A stretch of 64,000 bases of DNA from an uncultured delta proteobacterium (GCA_963840855.1 CAWJBB010000050.1:32001-96000), one strand, 5' to 3'; counted from the stretch's first letter, positions 41,201 through 52,031 are shown. Program-made: numbers and translations. The notes: a model not told the origin generated them from the sequence alone.

Positions 41201-42190
41201 TTACCTTTCCACCTCCCGCACAACCTCACGCGGGTCTTTGTCTTCTCGCAAGCCGACGAAACTAGCGTTCCGTAGATGCGCGTCCGGCGTCCACTCGGCA
41301 AACTCGATCTGCGCGACCACCTCGGGCCTTACCCATGTGCAGTTTTTCATCTCTTCTTTTGTCAAAGCCCACTGGGTGCGCTTTCGTTCTGGCAGATTCG
41401 CAAATGGACAGCTGGCGATTTTTAGTCCCCCGAGCCTGGCTGCTACCGCACGTCGGGTGTGCGGAACAAAGCCGTTTCGCCCCTTGCCCGCGTACAACAG
41501 TGTGCCGTCTTGATAGTACCCGACGATGATGGAATCTATGGGGTTTCCCGAAACATATCCGCCGATCACTAACTCTTGGCCTCGGTTGATGCGATACTTG
41601 AGCCACGCACCGCTTCGTTTGCCGGATTCATAATACGAGTCCCTCAGCTTGGCGAGGATTCCCTCGAAGCCTAACTGTTTTGCGACGCGCACCAACTCGG
41701 TCGGCGTGGCATCAATCGTTTCTGACAGCTTTATGGGGAAATCTTTGCTACGGACTTTTTCAAATATTTCACCAAGGACCTTCCGCCGCTCTTTAAGCGG
41801 TACGTTCAAGAGGCTCTTGCCCCGGCAGATTAGAACGTCGAAGGCGTAAAAGAGCAGCGCCTGTGCTTTTGAACGATGATGCTGAAGAAGATTGAATGAG
41901 ACCCGACCACTTTCATCGACGGCCACAATTTCGCCATCGAGAAGCGTATCGGCTGGGAGCCGTTCGCAAGCGCGGGCAATATGCGGGAACTGGGCGGTAA
42001 AGAGATTTCCTCGCCGTGACCAAAGCGTTACGCCATCGTTGCGTTTTCCAGCAAGGCACCGGTAGCCGTCGAACTTTACCTCGTAGAGCCAGTCCTTGCC
42101 GGCGGGAAGCTGTCGCAGCGCAAGCGCATACATCGGCTCGATGAAGCGGACGGCGGCTTCCGGCTGGCTGCTACGTTTGACTCTTCGCAT
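41201..42190 (-). CDS. ATP-dependent DNA ligase (LigD ligase domain / LigC-like), copy 2
   Basis: YEVKFDGYR and other motifs; highly similar to 19305-20294. Confidence 0.93.
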   Translation of the reverse strand: MRRVKRSSQPEAAVRFIEPMYALALRQLPAGKDWLYEVKFDGYRCLAGKRNDGVTLWSRRGNLFTAQFPHIARACERLPADTLLDGEIVAVDESGRVSFNLLQHHRSKAQALLFYAFDVLICRGKSLLNVPLKERRKVLGEIFEKVRSKDFPIKLSETIDATPTELVRVAKQLGFEGILAKLRDSYYESGKRSGAWLKYRINRGQELVIGGYVSGNPIDSIIVGYYQDGTLLYAGKGRNGFVPHTRRAVAARLGGLKIASCPFANLPERKRTQWALTKEEMKNCTWVRPEVVAQIEFAEWTPDAHLRNASFVGLREDKDPREVVREVER

Positions 42191-42304
42191 TCATGCGCCG
42201 ACAGTCGGGCGCGCCTGGTAACGAATTACCGACCCATTGCGGCCCGCCTGGTAAACGGTGATTCAATCCGCGAATTTGGCTGACGGGATCGATTTTAGCT
42301 CGTC

Positions 42305-43156
42305 CTAGTTATTATTGCCCGCGTCCGTGCCACCTGTGTAAGGAACGGCGACTCCGCTCGTCAGATTGTCCCGAAATTTTCCGCTTTGGACGGTGAACTC
42401 AATCCCCGACGCCATGTTTGTAATGCGATTGTTAACGACCAACACATCAGACCCCGCAACGATAATACCCCCGGTGCGGGGCCTGGGAGGCGATATAGTA
42501 TTGCTGAGGCGATTATTTTCTACGACGGCGTTATCGGCATTAACTGCAATCGCAAATGCGCCTCCAGTTCCTTGTGCGTTGGTGTCAGTCACGTCATTGT
42601 TGAGAGCGCGGACACCAGAACCGGAGAGAAATATGCCCGTGGACGAAGAACCTGGCAGGGACACGTTGCCTGGTCCCGTGCTTACGATCATGTTGTTGCG
42701 AATGATGCTGTGCCGGTTGCTAACACGGATACCTACCGATGTATTGAGGTCAACGCGGACATTTTCTATGACACACACAGAGCCGAAGCTGATGTTAATG
42801 GCAGTAAAAAATCCCCGCACCGTTCCGTTCTTGACCGTGATGTTATTGCGTAAAAACGCGAAAATCCCTTGAGCCTGTGTTCCTATATTTTCCGATGTCA
42901 GTTCGGTCAATCCTCCAAGAGTAAACCCGTTTAAGTCTATCACGACGTTGTCCGCCGCGATATTGATGGCATTGACAGTGGTGATCGGCGTGCTCAGGTC
43001 ACGTTGGAGACAGTAAGTGCCCGGTATGGTGATAGTCACGGGGAGAAAGTCAATTTCGGCACAGTTTTCAGTCTGTGCTGAGGCAGTCGTCGCGCCAACT
43101 GCTACAAGCAAGGAACCACACAGAAAAGCCGCAGCTAATCGTCCTAAACTCTTCAT
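42305..43156 (-). CDS. Secreted right-handed beta-helix protein, copy 2
   Basis: First 32 aa identical to copy 1; diverged core; conserved C-terminus. Confidence 0.85.
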   Translation of the reverse strand: MKSLGRLAAAFLCGSLLVAVGATTASAQTENCAEIDFLPVTITIPGTYCLQRDLSTPITTVNAINIAADNVVIDLNGFTLGGLTELTSENIGTQAQGIFAFLRNNITVKNGTVRGFFTAINISFGSVCVIENVRVDLNTSVGIRVSNRHSIIRNNMIVSTGPGNVSLPGSSSTGIFLSGSGVRALNNDVTDTNAQGTGGAFAIAVNADNAVVENNRLSNTISPPRPRTGGIIVAGSDVLVVNNRITNMASGIEFTVQSGKFRDNLTSGVAVPYTGGTDAGNNN

Positions 43157-43273
43157 AGCGAACCTCCTTTAGACCAGAATGGTGAGGAGACTAACTATCG
43201 TCGTCGCGGCTGTCAATGAGAAAAGACTTCCGATGGGACGGGTGGCGTATGACAAGCGAGCAGCAATCCAGTT

Positions 43274-43438
43274 TCACTCGCAGCGGCGGTCGTACATTGC
43301 GTAATGCTGGCAGAATCGCAGGTACTCAACCCGGCTGGAGAATTGGGACTGCTCGTAGACCAAGCGCGGGAAGGGGCCGCAACCGACGAAAATAGCGGCG
43401 CAAAGAGCTACGGCGAGAACCATCGATGTAATATTCAT
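43274..43438 (-). CDS. Small lipoprotein absent from the ORF track
   Basis: MNITSMVLAVALCAAIFVGCGPFPRLVYEQ...RRCE; lipobox FVGC; AAAGGA RBS. Confidence 0.55.
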   Translation of the reverse strand: MNITSMVLAVALCAAIFVGCGPFPRLVYEQSQFSSRVEYLRFCQHYAMYDRRCE

Positions 43439-43521
43439 GGTATTTTCCTTTCATCAAGCGGAGTGAATCAAATGGAAAACAAGATACAAGCCTAGGACCG
43501 AATAGACGATGGCCACGAAGG

Positions 43522-44706
43522 TCAAGCCCCGAAGCGGCACCATCGGTCGGTAACGACCAATCGAATAGAATAGGCAGCCAGTTGCAGTGCTTGTCTCACC
43601 GTTTGTTTTCCGAGTGAGTTGACACCGGCGAGACCGATGACGCAGTCCCACATTGTCAGCGGCACATTTTTATAATGCTGCTGGATGGCGTACTTCGTCG
43701 ACATCGGATTCGCCGTTTTGACGAAAAGTATTCGTCCTCCTTTCATAATTCAACTCTCTTTTTTTTCGGGCCGCGTCGGCGGACACGTCGCCGATCTCGT
43801 TGTGCGCGTTCAGGACGCTGAACACGGTTATCCTCTTCTCATAGGCGAGGCTGCTGGTCCGTTTCTCCTTCTTCGGAGACCAGCCCAACTTTGTGGCCAT
43901 GCGGTTTATGCAGGGGTTGGAACAATAGCCGCGCCAATCAGCCGTGTTTTTCGGATCATACGGCTTGTGGCACGACCGGCATCGAAGCAGTAATTCGCTC
44001 ATTGCTGCACCATGAAATCCTGGTTCGCCAGTTTCAACTCGTCGCGCAGCACCGCTATCGCTTCGAGCGCCGTTGGCGAGGCGCACTCCATCATGTCGTC
44101 CAAGGCGCCGCGAGACAGGATGAAATAGGACGCGGTTCCGTCAAATAGCTGGAGAAACAGGTTGAAGCCCAAAAGCTCTCGAAGAGTCATCATGTCGCCC
44201 TCGCTGGTTGCGAAACGGACGTGGTGTCGAGTCGTTGAGAGATGGACCCCGGCACGATTATCTTTTTTGCTTGAAAGTATGCCGCCATCAGGGCAACGAA
44301 GGTGCAAATCCCGATGACCGCCAATCCAAGATGAACGATGCCCCGAAGCGGTGCCTCGCCGCTCAATTCTTTGCGCAGCGAGATGAGCAGGACGAAAAGT
44401 AGTGCTAAAAGCGCAATAGCGATTGTGGTGTGACTGATGGCCTTGAGTGCGAGTTCCGGTTGCATCGCGGTTGGCCCTTCAATGCAAGGTTTCTGGCCAT
44501 TTGCTTTTTGCCTTAAAGAGCCATGTTGCTATCTTCTCCCTTTCCTGAAGTGACGAGGACTCTGCCGTGCCGTCTTTATTTCTGGGGAGTAATGCCGCGC
44601 CGTCGTCGCTGAAAATCCAATAGCGTAGCCACGCTTGACGAAGAGCGTATTTTTGCCTTTGCAGGGCTTGAAAGAAGATGCGCCACGGGAGCAATGTTGT
44701 CGGCAT
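43522..44706 (-). other. Cluster of small phage-like ORFs, copy 2
   Basis: Near-identical to 21830-22710, with indels and a replaced distal segment. Confidence 0.55.
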
Positions 44707-44909
44707 CGCGGAAGTCCCCCGATAACACGTAAAGCTAATGCTGTGCCGTGCCGATTTGACGTGTATTGGCGAACCGTGTTCCCAAAACCCCGCTTTTGCC
44801 GCGTGTTTGACGGAGGTTATTTCGGGCGCGAATTCACAAACGGGTGGTTTGGCCCTGTCAGAACTGACCGCAAAGCGCCGCCTCTGCTCGCAAATTGCGT
44901 CGAATTTTT

Positions 44910-45671
44910 ATGAATCACACGAGACAGCGAAAACACGTCACACTGCGCGCTCGACGAGACCTCGATAGCGATGACGGCATACAGTTTGTGCGCTGCCAGA
45001 TTTGCCGTGACTGCCTTCGCGTAATAAGCGGTCGCCACCTTTCAAAGCATGACACCGACCGTGAAACGTACATGGAGGCGTACGGTCTCAGCCCGGATGA
45101 ACTGATCGCCAAGGATTTTCGGATCATTCAAAGCTCACGCCGTGGGTATTCCGCGCACGGTAAGAGCGACTGGATCGCTGCGATCAAGAAAGTCTACGAA
45201 CAAGACGGCAATGTTTTTGCCAGGTATCTACAAGAAAAGCACCCGCACCTGTATAACCAAGGCACTTGGATTTTCGGCGATTGGGATAAAGCTCTGCGTG
45301 CAGCAGGCTTCGACCCAGAGCGGATGCGGAAACAAGGTTCATGGGACGATGAAAGAATCGTCAAAGAAATACGCGCCATGCGACATCAGAGTCTGCCACT
45401 CTACGCAAGATACGTGCTGATGAATCATACGAAATTGTTTTCTGCGGCACGACGCCAATACGGATTGTGGAGCAAGGCATTGATTGCCGCCGGCATTAAC
45501 GCGGCACAGGCGTCGGGAAAGTTGTACAAGAGCCCTCGCGGTGTTTTAAGAGCACTCAGCGACGCTCTAAAGAGACATACAGCAAACGATATTCCAAAGG
45601 TGCTAAAGTTACAGGCAGCGCATTATTTTGGAAGCCTAAGTAAGGCCATCACTGCGTTGGAAAAGGATTAA
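44910..45671 (+). CDS. Putative DNA-binding protein: MucR/ROS-like C2H2 finger + three FG.W..AL.AAG-type repeats
   Basis: CQIC...HLSKH...Y...YGL; FGDWDKALRAAG, YGLWSKALIAAG, FGSLSKAI. Confidence 0.65.
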   Translation: MNHTRQRKHVTLRARRDLDSDDGIQFVRCQICRDCLRVISGRHLSKHDTDRETYMEAYGLSPDELIAKDFRIIQSSRRGYSAHGKSDWIAAIKKVYEQDGNVFARYLQEKHPHLYNQGTWIFGDWDKALRAAGFDPERMRKQGSWDDERIVKEIRAMRHQSLPLYARYVLMNHTKLFSAARRQYGLWSKALIAAGINAAQASGKLYKSPRGVLRALSDALKRHTANDIPKVLKLQAAHYFGSLSKAITALEKD

Positions 45672-45721
45672 AGACTGCTATGTGGTGGAGCAAGCGTGGG
45701 ATGAATGCTGATTGTTTTGTA

Positions 45722-45742
45722 GGAGAAATCAGTTCAATCCTG
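45722..45742. repeat. Dyad element right arm
   Basis: GGAGAAATCAGTTCAATCCTG; the following bases resemble those after the 62531 copy. Confidence 0.85.
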
Positions 45743-45885
45743 CGATCGCGGCTAAGCGTTTCACTGTCTAATTTCGCGGTGCTTTGCTGTGCGCCCTATC
45801 CCGCCCGGTTGACTTTTTAGCGTGTCAAGAATAGAAGGCCCTTCTGCTCGTCGAGTGCCTTAAATGCACAAAAGGAGGGTTTGAT

Positions 45886-47301
45886 ATGTTTAACCGTTCT
45901 ACCATCATGGCGTCGTTTTTCTCCGTCATTGTGGCTGGGCTCATTTTCTCGCTCTCTCTAGCAGGGGTTGCTGCGGCGCAGAGCAACACCCGCCTGGGGA
46001 TAGGCGCACTTCAGAACAACACCACGGGCGAGCAGAACACCGCCATCGGGAACAATGCGCTCTTTAGCAACACCACGGGCAACGGCAACACCGCCAGCGG
46101 ATTCGATGCGCTCTTTGCCAACACCACGGGCAATTTCAACAGCGCCAGCGGTTTCCAGGCGCTCTTTAGCAACAACGGCGACGGCAACACCGCCAGCGGA
46201 TTCCGTGCACTCTTTGCCAACATCACGGGCATCAACAACACCGCCAGTGGGGCTAATGCGCTCTTTAGCAACACCACGGGCAGCCACAACACCGCCAGCG
46301 GACTCAATGCGCTCTTTAGCAACACCACGGGCAGCGACAACACCGCCAGTGGAGTCAATGCGCTCTTTAGCAACATCACGGGCATCAACAACACCGCCAG
46401 CGGACACAGGGCGCTCTTTAGCAACACCACGGGTGAAGCCAACACCGCCACCGGACTCGATGCGCTATTTAGCAACACCACGGGCAGCCTCAACACCGCC
46501 CTCGGTCTCCAAGCGCTCTTTAGCAACACCACGGGTGAAGCCAACACCGCCACCGGACTCGCTGCGCTCACTAACAACACCACGGGCAGCAGCAACACCG
46601 CTACCGGATCCAGCGCGCTCATTCTCAACACCACGGGTGAAGCCAACACAGCCAGCGGAAACAATGCACTCACTAACAACCGCACAGGCGGCAACAACAC
46701 AGCCATCGGAGTTGGTGTGCTCGATAACAACATCACGGGCAGCAACAACACCGCCATCGGGTTTGCAGCCAATGTGTCTGCTGGGGATCTGGTAAACGCT
46801 ACGGCTATCGGCAGTAGTGCCATCGTCAATGCCAGCAATAAGATCCGCCTGGGAAACGGTGACGTCACGGTGATCGAAGGGCAGGTGGCGTTTACTTTCC
46901 CTTCGGACAAGACCCAGAAGGAAAACTTCCAGCCGGTCGATGGAGAGGAAGTGCTGGGAAAGATTCGCGGCTTTGAGCTGTCGAGCTGGAACTTCATTGG
47001 CCACGATCTTAAGAAGTTTCGCCACTATGGTCCCATGGCGCAGGACTTCTATGCAGCCTTCGGCCACGACGGATTGGGACAGATCGGCTCGGAGAAGACG
47101 ATCAACTCGGGCGATCTGGCGGGGATTCTAATGATCGCCGTGCAGGCGCTGGAGAAGCGCACGGCGGAGCTAAAACACAAGGAGGCGCAGATTGCTGCGC
47201 TGGAATCGCGGTTGGAGGCGCTAGAGTTGCGAAATAATCACTCTATCCAGATAACAGCCGGGAAAAACCTCGGCGACAAGATGGTCGACGTGATGCCGTA
47301 A
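45886..47301 (+). CDS. Secreted 17-aa-repeat protein with peptidase S74 chaperone, copy 2
   Basis: About 15 repeats; C-terminal domain nearly identical to copy 1. Confidence 0.88.
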   Translation: MFNRSTIMASFFSVIVAGLIFSLSLAGVAAAQSNTRLGIGALQNNTTGEQNTAIGNNALFSNTTGNGNTASGFDALFANTTGNFNSASGFQALFSNNGDGNTASGFRALFANITGINNTASGANALFSNTTGSHNTASGLNALFSNTTGSDNTASGVNALFSNITGINNTASGHRALFSNTTGEANTATGLDALFSNTTGSLNTALGLQALFSNTTGEANTATGLAALTNNTTGSSNTATGSSALILNTTGEANTASGNNALTNNRTGGNNTAIGVGVLDNNITGSNNTAIGFAANVSAGDLVNATAIGSSAIVNASNKIRLGNGDVTVIEGQVAFTFPSDKTQKENFQPVDGEEVLGKIRGFELSSWNFIGHDLKKFRHYGPMAQDFYAAFGHDGLGQIGSEKTINSGDLAGILMIAVQALEKRTAELKHKEAQIAALESRLEALELRNNHSIQITAGKNLGDKMVDVMP

Positions 47302-47375
47302 GTGAATAATAAGAATTAAAAAAACAGTCTGATCTCCCCTGGAGGTTTTTGAACTTTACGGACAGAATGTATTCC

Positions 47376-47423
47376 TCGAGTGGAAAAACCAGATTTTTAG
47401 CCTGAGATTGAACTGAACGACGC
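47376..47423. repeat. Dyad element left arm with conserved leader
   Basis: TCGAGTGGAAAAACCAGATTTTTAGCCTGAGATTGAACTGAACGACGC. Confidence 0.85.
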
Positions 47424-47584
47424 GACGTTTCAATCATATCACTGTTAGATCATCCGTACCGTGCTATAGTGTGTGGCCCAATCTCCATAGTCTTTATAAA
47501 ACTCAAATAATCCCACCGCTTGGCCATACGATCCCACTCCCTGGCCCCTTTATTTCCTCGCCATCTTGATAACGCTTTTCGAGA

Positions 47585-48256
47585 TCAAAACTCTATACTG
47601 ACCGATGTAACAAAGGCGGGTTTCTTCTTGTCCGGATTAAAGACATGCCCGGTGACCTCTACTTTTTTGTAATTCACCCCGACGAGAAATCCTCGCTGGA
47701 CATTGAAATCGCTCTGATACACCTTGGTTTTTTGCAGCACCAGTCCAGCGCGCAGCCAGTCGAACGGAGACACTGTCAACTCCGACCAACCGTAGAGAAA
47801 GGAGTCAGAACGTTTGTCGGTGGTGATAACGAACTCACCCTCGCCGTAGAAGTAGAATCTCCACCAACTAAGTGAGCCACGGAGGCCGGGTGCGACGCCT
47901 GTTGTCTTACCAAAGACACCACCAAGCATCGGCGTGACGTTCAGCGAGAGCTTATTACTAGCACTGAAGTTGTATCCGACCCACAGGGATCCAGTTTCCA
48001 GAGCTTCGTAGTTGTAGCGTGCTTCGAGATGCAACCACCCGCGGTCGGCCTTAAATGTGGGCTGCGCATAGTTATGGCTATCGGGCACGATGTAGGTGTA
48101 GACCGATGCGGCGAAGGACCAATCGGTCGCTGGCTGTCCCGGTGGAATCGTAATGGATCCGGCAATGGCTTCCCGGGCGCTACGGGGCTCGGCCAGTAGG
48201 GCGAAGCAGATGATCGCAAGGCAAGAGACCCAAAAAAGTGCAACGTTGCACGTCAC
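47585..48256 (-). CDS. Hypothetical outer-membrane beta-barrel-like protein
   Basis: Signal peptide, LHLEARYNYE, alternating beta strands, terminal Phe. Confidence 0.7.
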   Translation of the reverse strand: MTCNVALFWVSCLAIICFALLAEPRSAREAIAGSITIPPGQPATDWSFAASVYTYIVPDSHNYAQPTFKADRGWLHLEARYNYEALETGSLWVGYNFSASNKLSLNVTPMLGGVFGKTTGVAPGLRGSLSWWRFYFYGEGEFVITTDKRSDSFLYGWSELTVSPFDWLRAGLVLQKTKVYQSDFNVQRGFLVGVNYKKVEVTGHVFNPDKKKPAFVTSVSIEF

Positions 48257-48368
48257 GATTCGGCGCGTCGGCTCAGAGATCGACCTTGCGCAAGACGGTC
48301 GGCCACAAAAAGATCTGCTGCCGTTGTCATCCTCTCACCCTCCTTTCATATACCCAAGGGCCTTACAT

Positions 48369-48540
48369 CTACAACAAGGATTGATGACACCGCAGCCTTC
48401 TTCATTAGCGCACCTCGTTTCGAGCGTTTTGTATCACGCGGAGAGAGATAAAGGAAAGTGTGATTTACACGGAGGAAGGCGACAGGGATTCGTCGAGTGG
48501 AAAAACCAGATTTTTAGCCTGAGATTGAACTGAACGACGC
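48369..48540 (-). pseudogene. SBP 5' relic (MKKAAVSSILVV) with full leader and dyad left arm
   Basis: Matches the upstream regions of the SBP genes starting at 62348 and 63531. Confidence 0.8.
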
Positions 48541-48721
48541 ATCGATCTAAATCGCCCATGGACTAGCACATTACGCGGAAGGTAGCAGTAACAATACTGA
48601 AGTCGCTGCCTGTTTTCCAGCAAGCGACGATAGCCCGAATCGTATTATCTCCTCATTGAGAGCGGAGGCCAGCGGAGACGGGGCGTGAGCCGGCACCTAT
48701 TCCGGATGCACTCTTTAAAAT

Positions 48722-49675
48722 CTAAGATTTCGAGTCTTTTCCCTGTGATCTCGTCAGCCGTCGCCGCGTCTTTTGTGGGCACAAGAAGGAAATCGAATGA
48801 GCCCCCATTCTAACATCGATGATTTTGGACTGCTTCTTTTTCTTGCGATCGTCATTTGACCACGGCTTATCATCAATGTGAACCGGAGACCCGTCCCATT
48901 CGATTTGTAGATGTCGGCCGCGTTGCACGGTAAGCTTCGCATCGACATTCCGTCCACGTATGCAGTGCGTGAGATATCGGCTCAGTTTCTTTTCTTCTCC
49001 GTGAACAAGCAGAACGACCTCGAGCAGACCATCGTTGGTGTCCGCAGCCGGAGCGAGATCCAGGTTTGGACCGACATATCGTATATTCAATGCCTGCAGC
49101 AGAATGTAATCGCCCGACAGATCCTCATCATCCAAAAGCACCGAAAGTTTCTTCGGAGTGTGTTTTTCTAGCCGTTCCTTTAGAATGGCGAGGACTCTCT
49201 CAATTTCGTCGTCGCGGCGAACATCAGCTGCCAGGAGGGGGTGGTTGCGTTGCTCCAGCTTCAACATTGTCGAGGCAAACAGACCGAATCCAAAACCTTC
49301 AATGAAGTAATATGAACCCCATGGCCCATCCACCTCGCCTACGTCAAAGTTGACTCGGCGCGCGGAATCCCAGTCGGCAATGAGGGTGTCTAAAGCCCTT
49401 CCGGTCAACCCCAAGCTGTGACCGACATTATTGGCGGTGCCCAGAGGGAGAATCGCAATCGGAGTCGGATTGCCGACCATTCGGCGGGCAACTTTTCCAA
49501 CGGTGCCGTCTCCACCGGCAACAGCGATAATATCTGTGGATTTCTTCAGCGCCTTGTTCCAATCATTGTCTTTAGAAGAATAATATTTGACCTTATGGCC
49601 CGCGGCCTGGATCATATCTGTAATCCGATCACCTGTAGGCTGTGAGTCGTCACCGGCGGATGGGTTATGAATCAA
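48722..49675 (-). CDS. Diacylglycerol/lipid kinase family protein
   Basis: HNPSAG, AGGDGTV, PLGTANN, EGFGFG, NDGLLEV. Confidence 0.9.
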   Translation of the reverse strand: MIHNPSAGDDSQPTGDRITDMIQAAGHKVKYYSSKDNDWNKALKKSTDIIAVAGGDGTVGKVARRMVGNPTPIAILPLGTANNVGHSLGLTGRALDTLIADWDSARRVNFDVGEVDGPWGSYYFIEGFGFGLFASTMLKLEQRNHPLLAADVRRDDEIERVLAILKERLEKHTPKKLSVLLDDEDLSGDYILLQALNIRYVGPNLDLAPAADTNDGLLEVVLLVHGEEKKLSRYLTHCIRGRNVDAKLTVQRGRHLQIEWDGSPVHIDDKPWSNDDRKKKKQSKIIDVRMGAHSISFLCPQKTRRRLTRSQGKDSKS

Positions 49676-50115
49676 TGTAACTTTAATTGGTTTGCTTCTC
49701 CTTCGTGTACAATTCGTAACCGTAGCCGAATGACTATCGCGAAATCCATCGACGAAGGCAAGATACTCGCATTGCGGAATTGAGGTTCGACTTATGGCTT
49801 CTGCTTCGATTTCGTAACACGGTCAAGCCGATGGATGTGTTACCTCCAGTTATTGCTTCTTTGGGTAATTGCGGCACCGTTCGGAGTTACGTTGAACGAT
49901 GGTCAGTCTCGGTTGAGTATCCGAGTAAATCTCCGAAGCCGCTCGATTTGATAATCGCCACGGCGTGGCTTATTTGTAATGCAAATCAAGCGCCATGTTT
50001 CAACGAAGCAATATCAAAGTATTTACTTGATCACCCGATCCGCAGCGCCCGCTCTTTCATACGCCGCCCGAGCCAGCCGAAGCAACATCGGGATTTTCAT
50101 CAAACAGAAAGACGA

Positions 50116-50181
50116 TTGACATCCCACCGGTCCGGCGATATTGCTCGGGCCAGAAAAAAGGAGGTTTAAACCTCCTATACA
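50116..50181 (+). mobile_element. IS91/ISCR-like oriIS end, orphan copy 1
   Basis: AAAAAAGGAGGTTTAAACCTCCTATAC; homologous to the 51977 and 55134 copies. Confidence 0.55.
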
Positions 50182-50432
50182 GAAAACTCGCAATTGATCG
50201 AGTCTCAATTGGCGCGAACCAATAAGAAACATACTCAGTTTCATTGATTTGATAGCACTGAGGTTGCAGAATGTCGTCGCCGATGAACGAAATCGGTTGG
50301 GTTCCTTGGATGGCCGGTTTACTTGTGCTGGCCCAATAAATATTTTCTGCATCGTTGCCCTGAGTGACTTCGTAAAAATAGCCGAACGATTTAGTGTAAC
50401 TTACCATAAGGGGTTCTCCCTGACTATACAGA

Positions 50433-50846
50433 GTGTGCTACTGGAAGTCACCGCGCGCCATCCAGTACATCCGGTCGAACTCACCGGCCCGCGTTCGTGC
50501 CGCTACTCGGGAGGCTCTTGCCACTCGGAGCGAGCAGCGGCGGCTTGAGGCATTGCGGGAGCTGAGGGGTGTGTCTGTCCCCATGGCTTCAGCCATCCTA
50601 ATGTTGCTCAATCCGAAACGTTACGGCGTGATCGACATCCGGGTGTGGCAGCTTCTGCACGAGGTGGGCACGGTCACCAAGAACGCCGACGGCGTCGGGT
50701 TCAATTTCAAGAACTGGTACCAGTTTCTGGTGGTTCTACGGTATTTCGCCAAGAAACTTGGAGTGACCGCGAGAGACATTGAGCGAACGTTGTTCATCGC
50801 TCACAAGGAATACCAGGTCGGACGTCTCTACAAATACGGGCAGTGA
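50433..50846 (+). pseudogene. 5'-truncated helix-hairpin-helix (glycosylase-like) hypothetical protein
   Basis: WKSPR, LRGVSVPMASAIL, YGVIDIR; starts abruptly with no RBS. Confidence 0.55.
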
Positions 50847-50947
50847 CTGGCTGCTTAAATTAAGCCAGCCACAACAAATAGATATTGTCTGATCCGCCAT
50901 AATATGATAACGAAATGCGCAGGAGGTCGGTGTGCCTACGCTCCACA

Positions 50948-51534
50948 TGAAGAGATTCTATTCTGCCATATCGGGGTGTCTCTTCTTCATTCTAGGTGCC
51001 CTCGCTTTCGCTCAAGGAGTCAGTATTTACGGGCCAGGAGCTGATCAACACTGGCGAGTGCGCTCAGGCTCAGGAAGATCGGGCGAGCCGATCCGTAGCG
51101 GAACACCGTATCGACTGGTCACCGCCGGCGGACAACTGGTAGGAAATTCTAAGGTCCGTGAGGGATTCCGAATTGTTCCAACCAGGGAGGCTGGCGAAAA
51201 CTTTCACATTCGAACCAGAGCGTCGGACGACGGCGGCGTCAAACTCAATGAACCAGTAGCGCTCTATCATTATGGCGCGGGGTATTTCATCGTTCACAAG
51301 AAAGGAGGCGCGGATAGTCTCGGCTGGGCTTTGTGGGATCCTTCACGCGAACCTCGAATGGAAATGCCGAAAGGTGTCTACCAGTGGGAGTTGAGGAGCT
51401 CACCCGACTCTCGCAGCAGAGATCATCGCAGCCGCCCAGCCATAACATTGGAGGTGCTGGGCCTCTTTAATACCTCTGCCAATGCTTATCTTGTGTCAGA
51501 CCGGAAGACGCAAGAGCTTCGTTGGAGGCAGTGA
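50948..51534 (+). CDS. Secreted hypothetical protein
   Basis: Signal peptide MKRFYSAISGCLFFILGALAFA. Confidence 0.65.
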
Positions 51535-51659
51535 GGAAAGCCTCTAGCAGTTAGCACTGATGCCTATTCATATGACGATCCCAACGGGTGACCGTGCCAC
51601 TTGCGAGCATCACACATGACACATCGATGCCGCCAGAGGGGGTCTGGAACGCTCTCGGA

Positions 51660-51902
51660 TCATGCGGCAGCCTGCACGTCAGCTGAGTAGTCAGCCGAGA
51701 AGTGGGGCCACAGGGTCGGCAAACGTTCACTCAGATACACGGCACGCCATGTGAGCGCGGCGGTCACGCCGTCCTCGTGCCACCGTTGCCCGCAGCCTTT
51801 TGCACGGATCATCACGACGGATTTGCACGCTCCCTCGGTCGCCCCGCTCCCGCATGGGAGCCCGACCCGGCACAACGTCGCGTAGCGCATGCGGTCGTTG
51901 TG
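51660..51902 (-). pseudogene. ISKra4/ISLre2-type transposase C-terminal relic
   Basis: RMRY...GLPCGSGATEGACK...R.K..GQRW. Confidence 0.8.
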
Positions 51903-51976
51903 GCGACGTCTCCCCAGTTTTGAGTAGCGCGTTGGTTTAGAGTCCGGCCTACGGAAAGGGTCGGACGATGAAGAAG

Positions 51977-52031
51977 CGGTCCGGCGATATTGCTCAGGCC
52001 AGAAAAAAAGGTGGTTTAAAATTCCTATACA
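51977..52031 (+). mobile_element. IS91/ISCR-like oriIS end, orphan copy 2
   Basis: AAAAAAAGGTGGTTTAAAATTCCTATAC. Confidence 0.65.

Noticed and set aside
19305-47301. Intact prophage
   Set aside because: No capsid, terminase, portal or integrase. The S74 proteins have signal peptides, and the phage-like genes are fragments.
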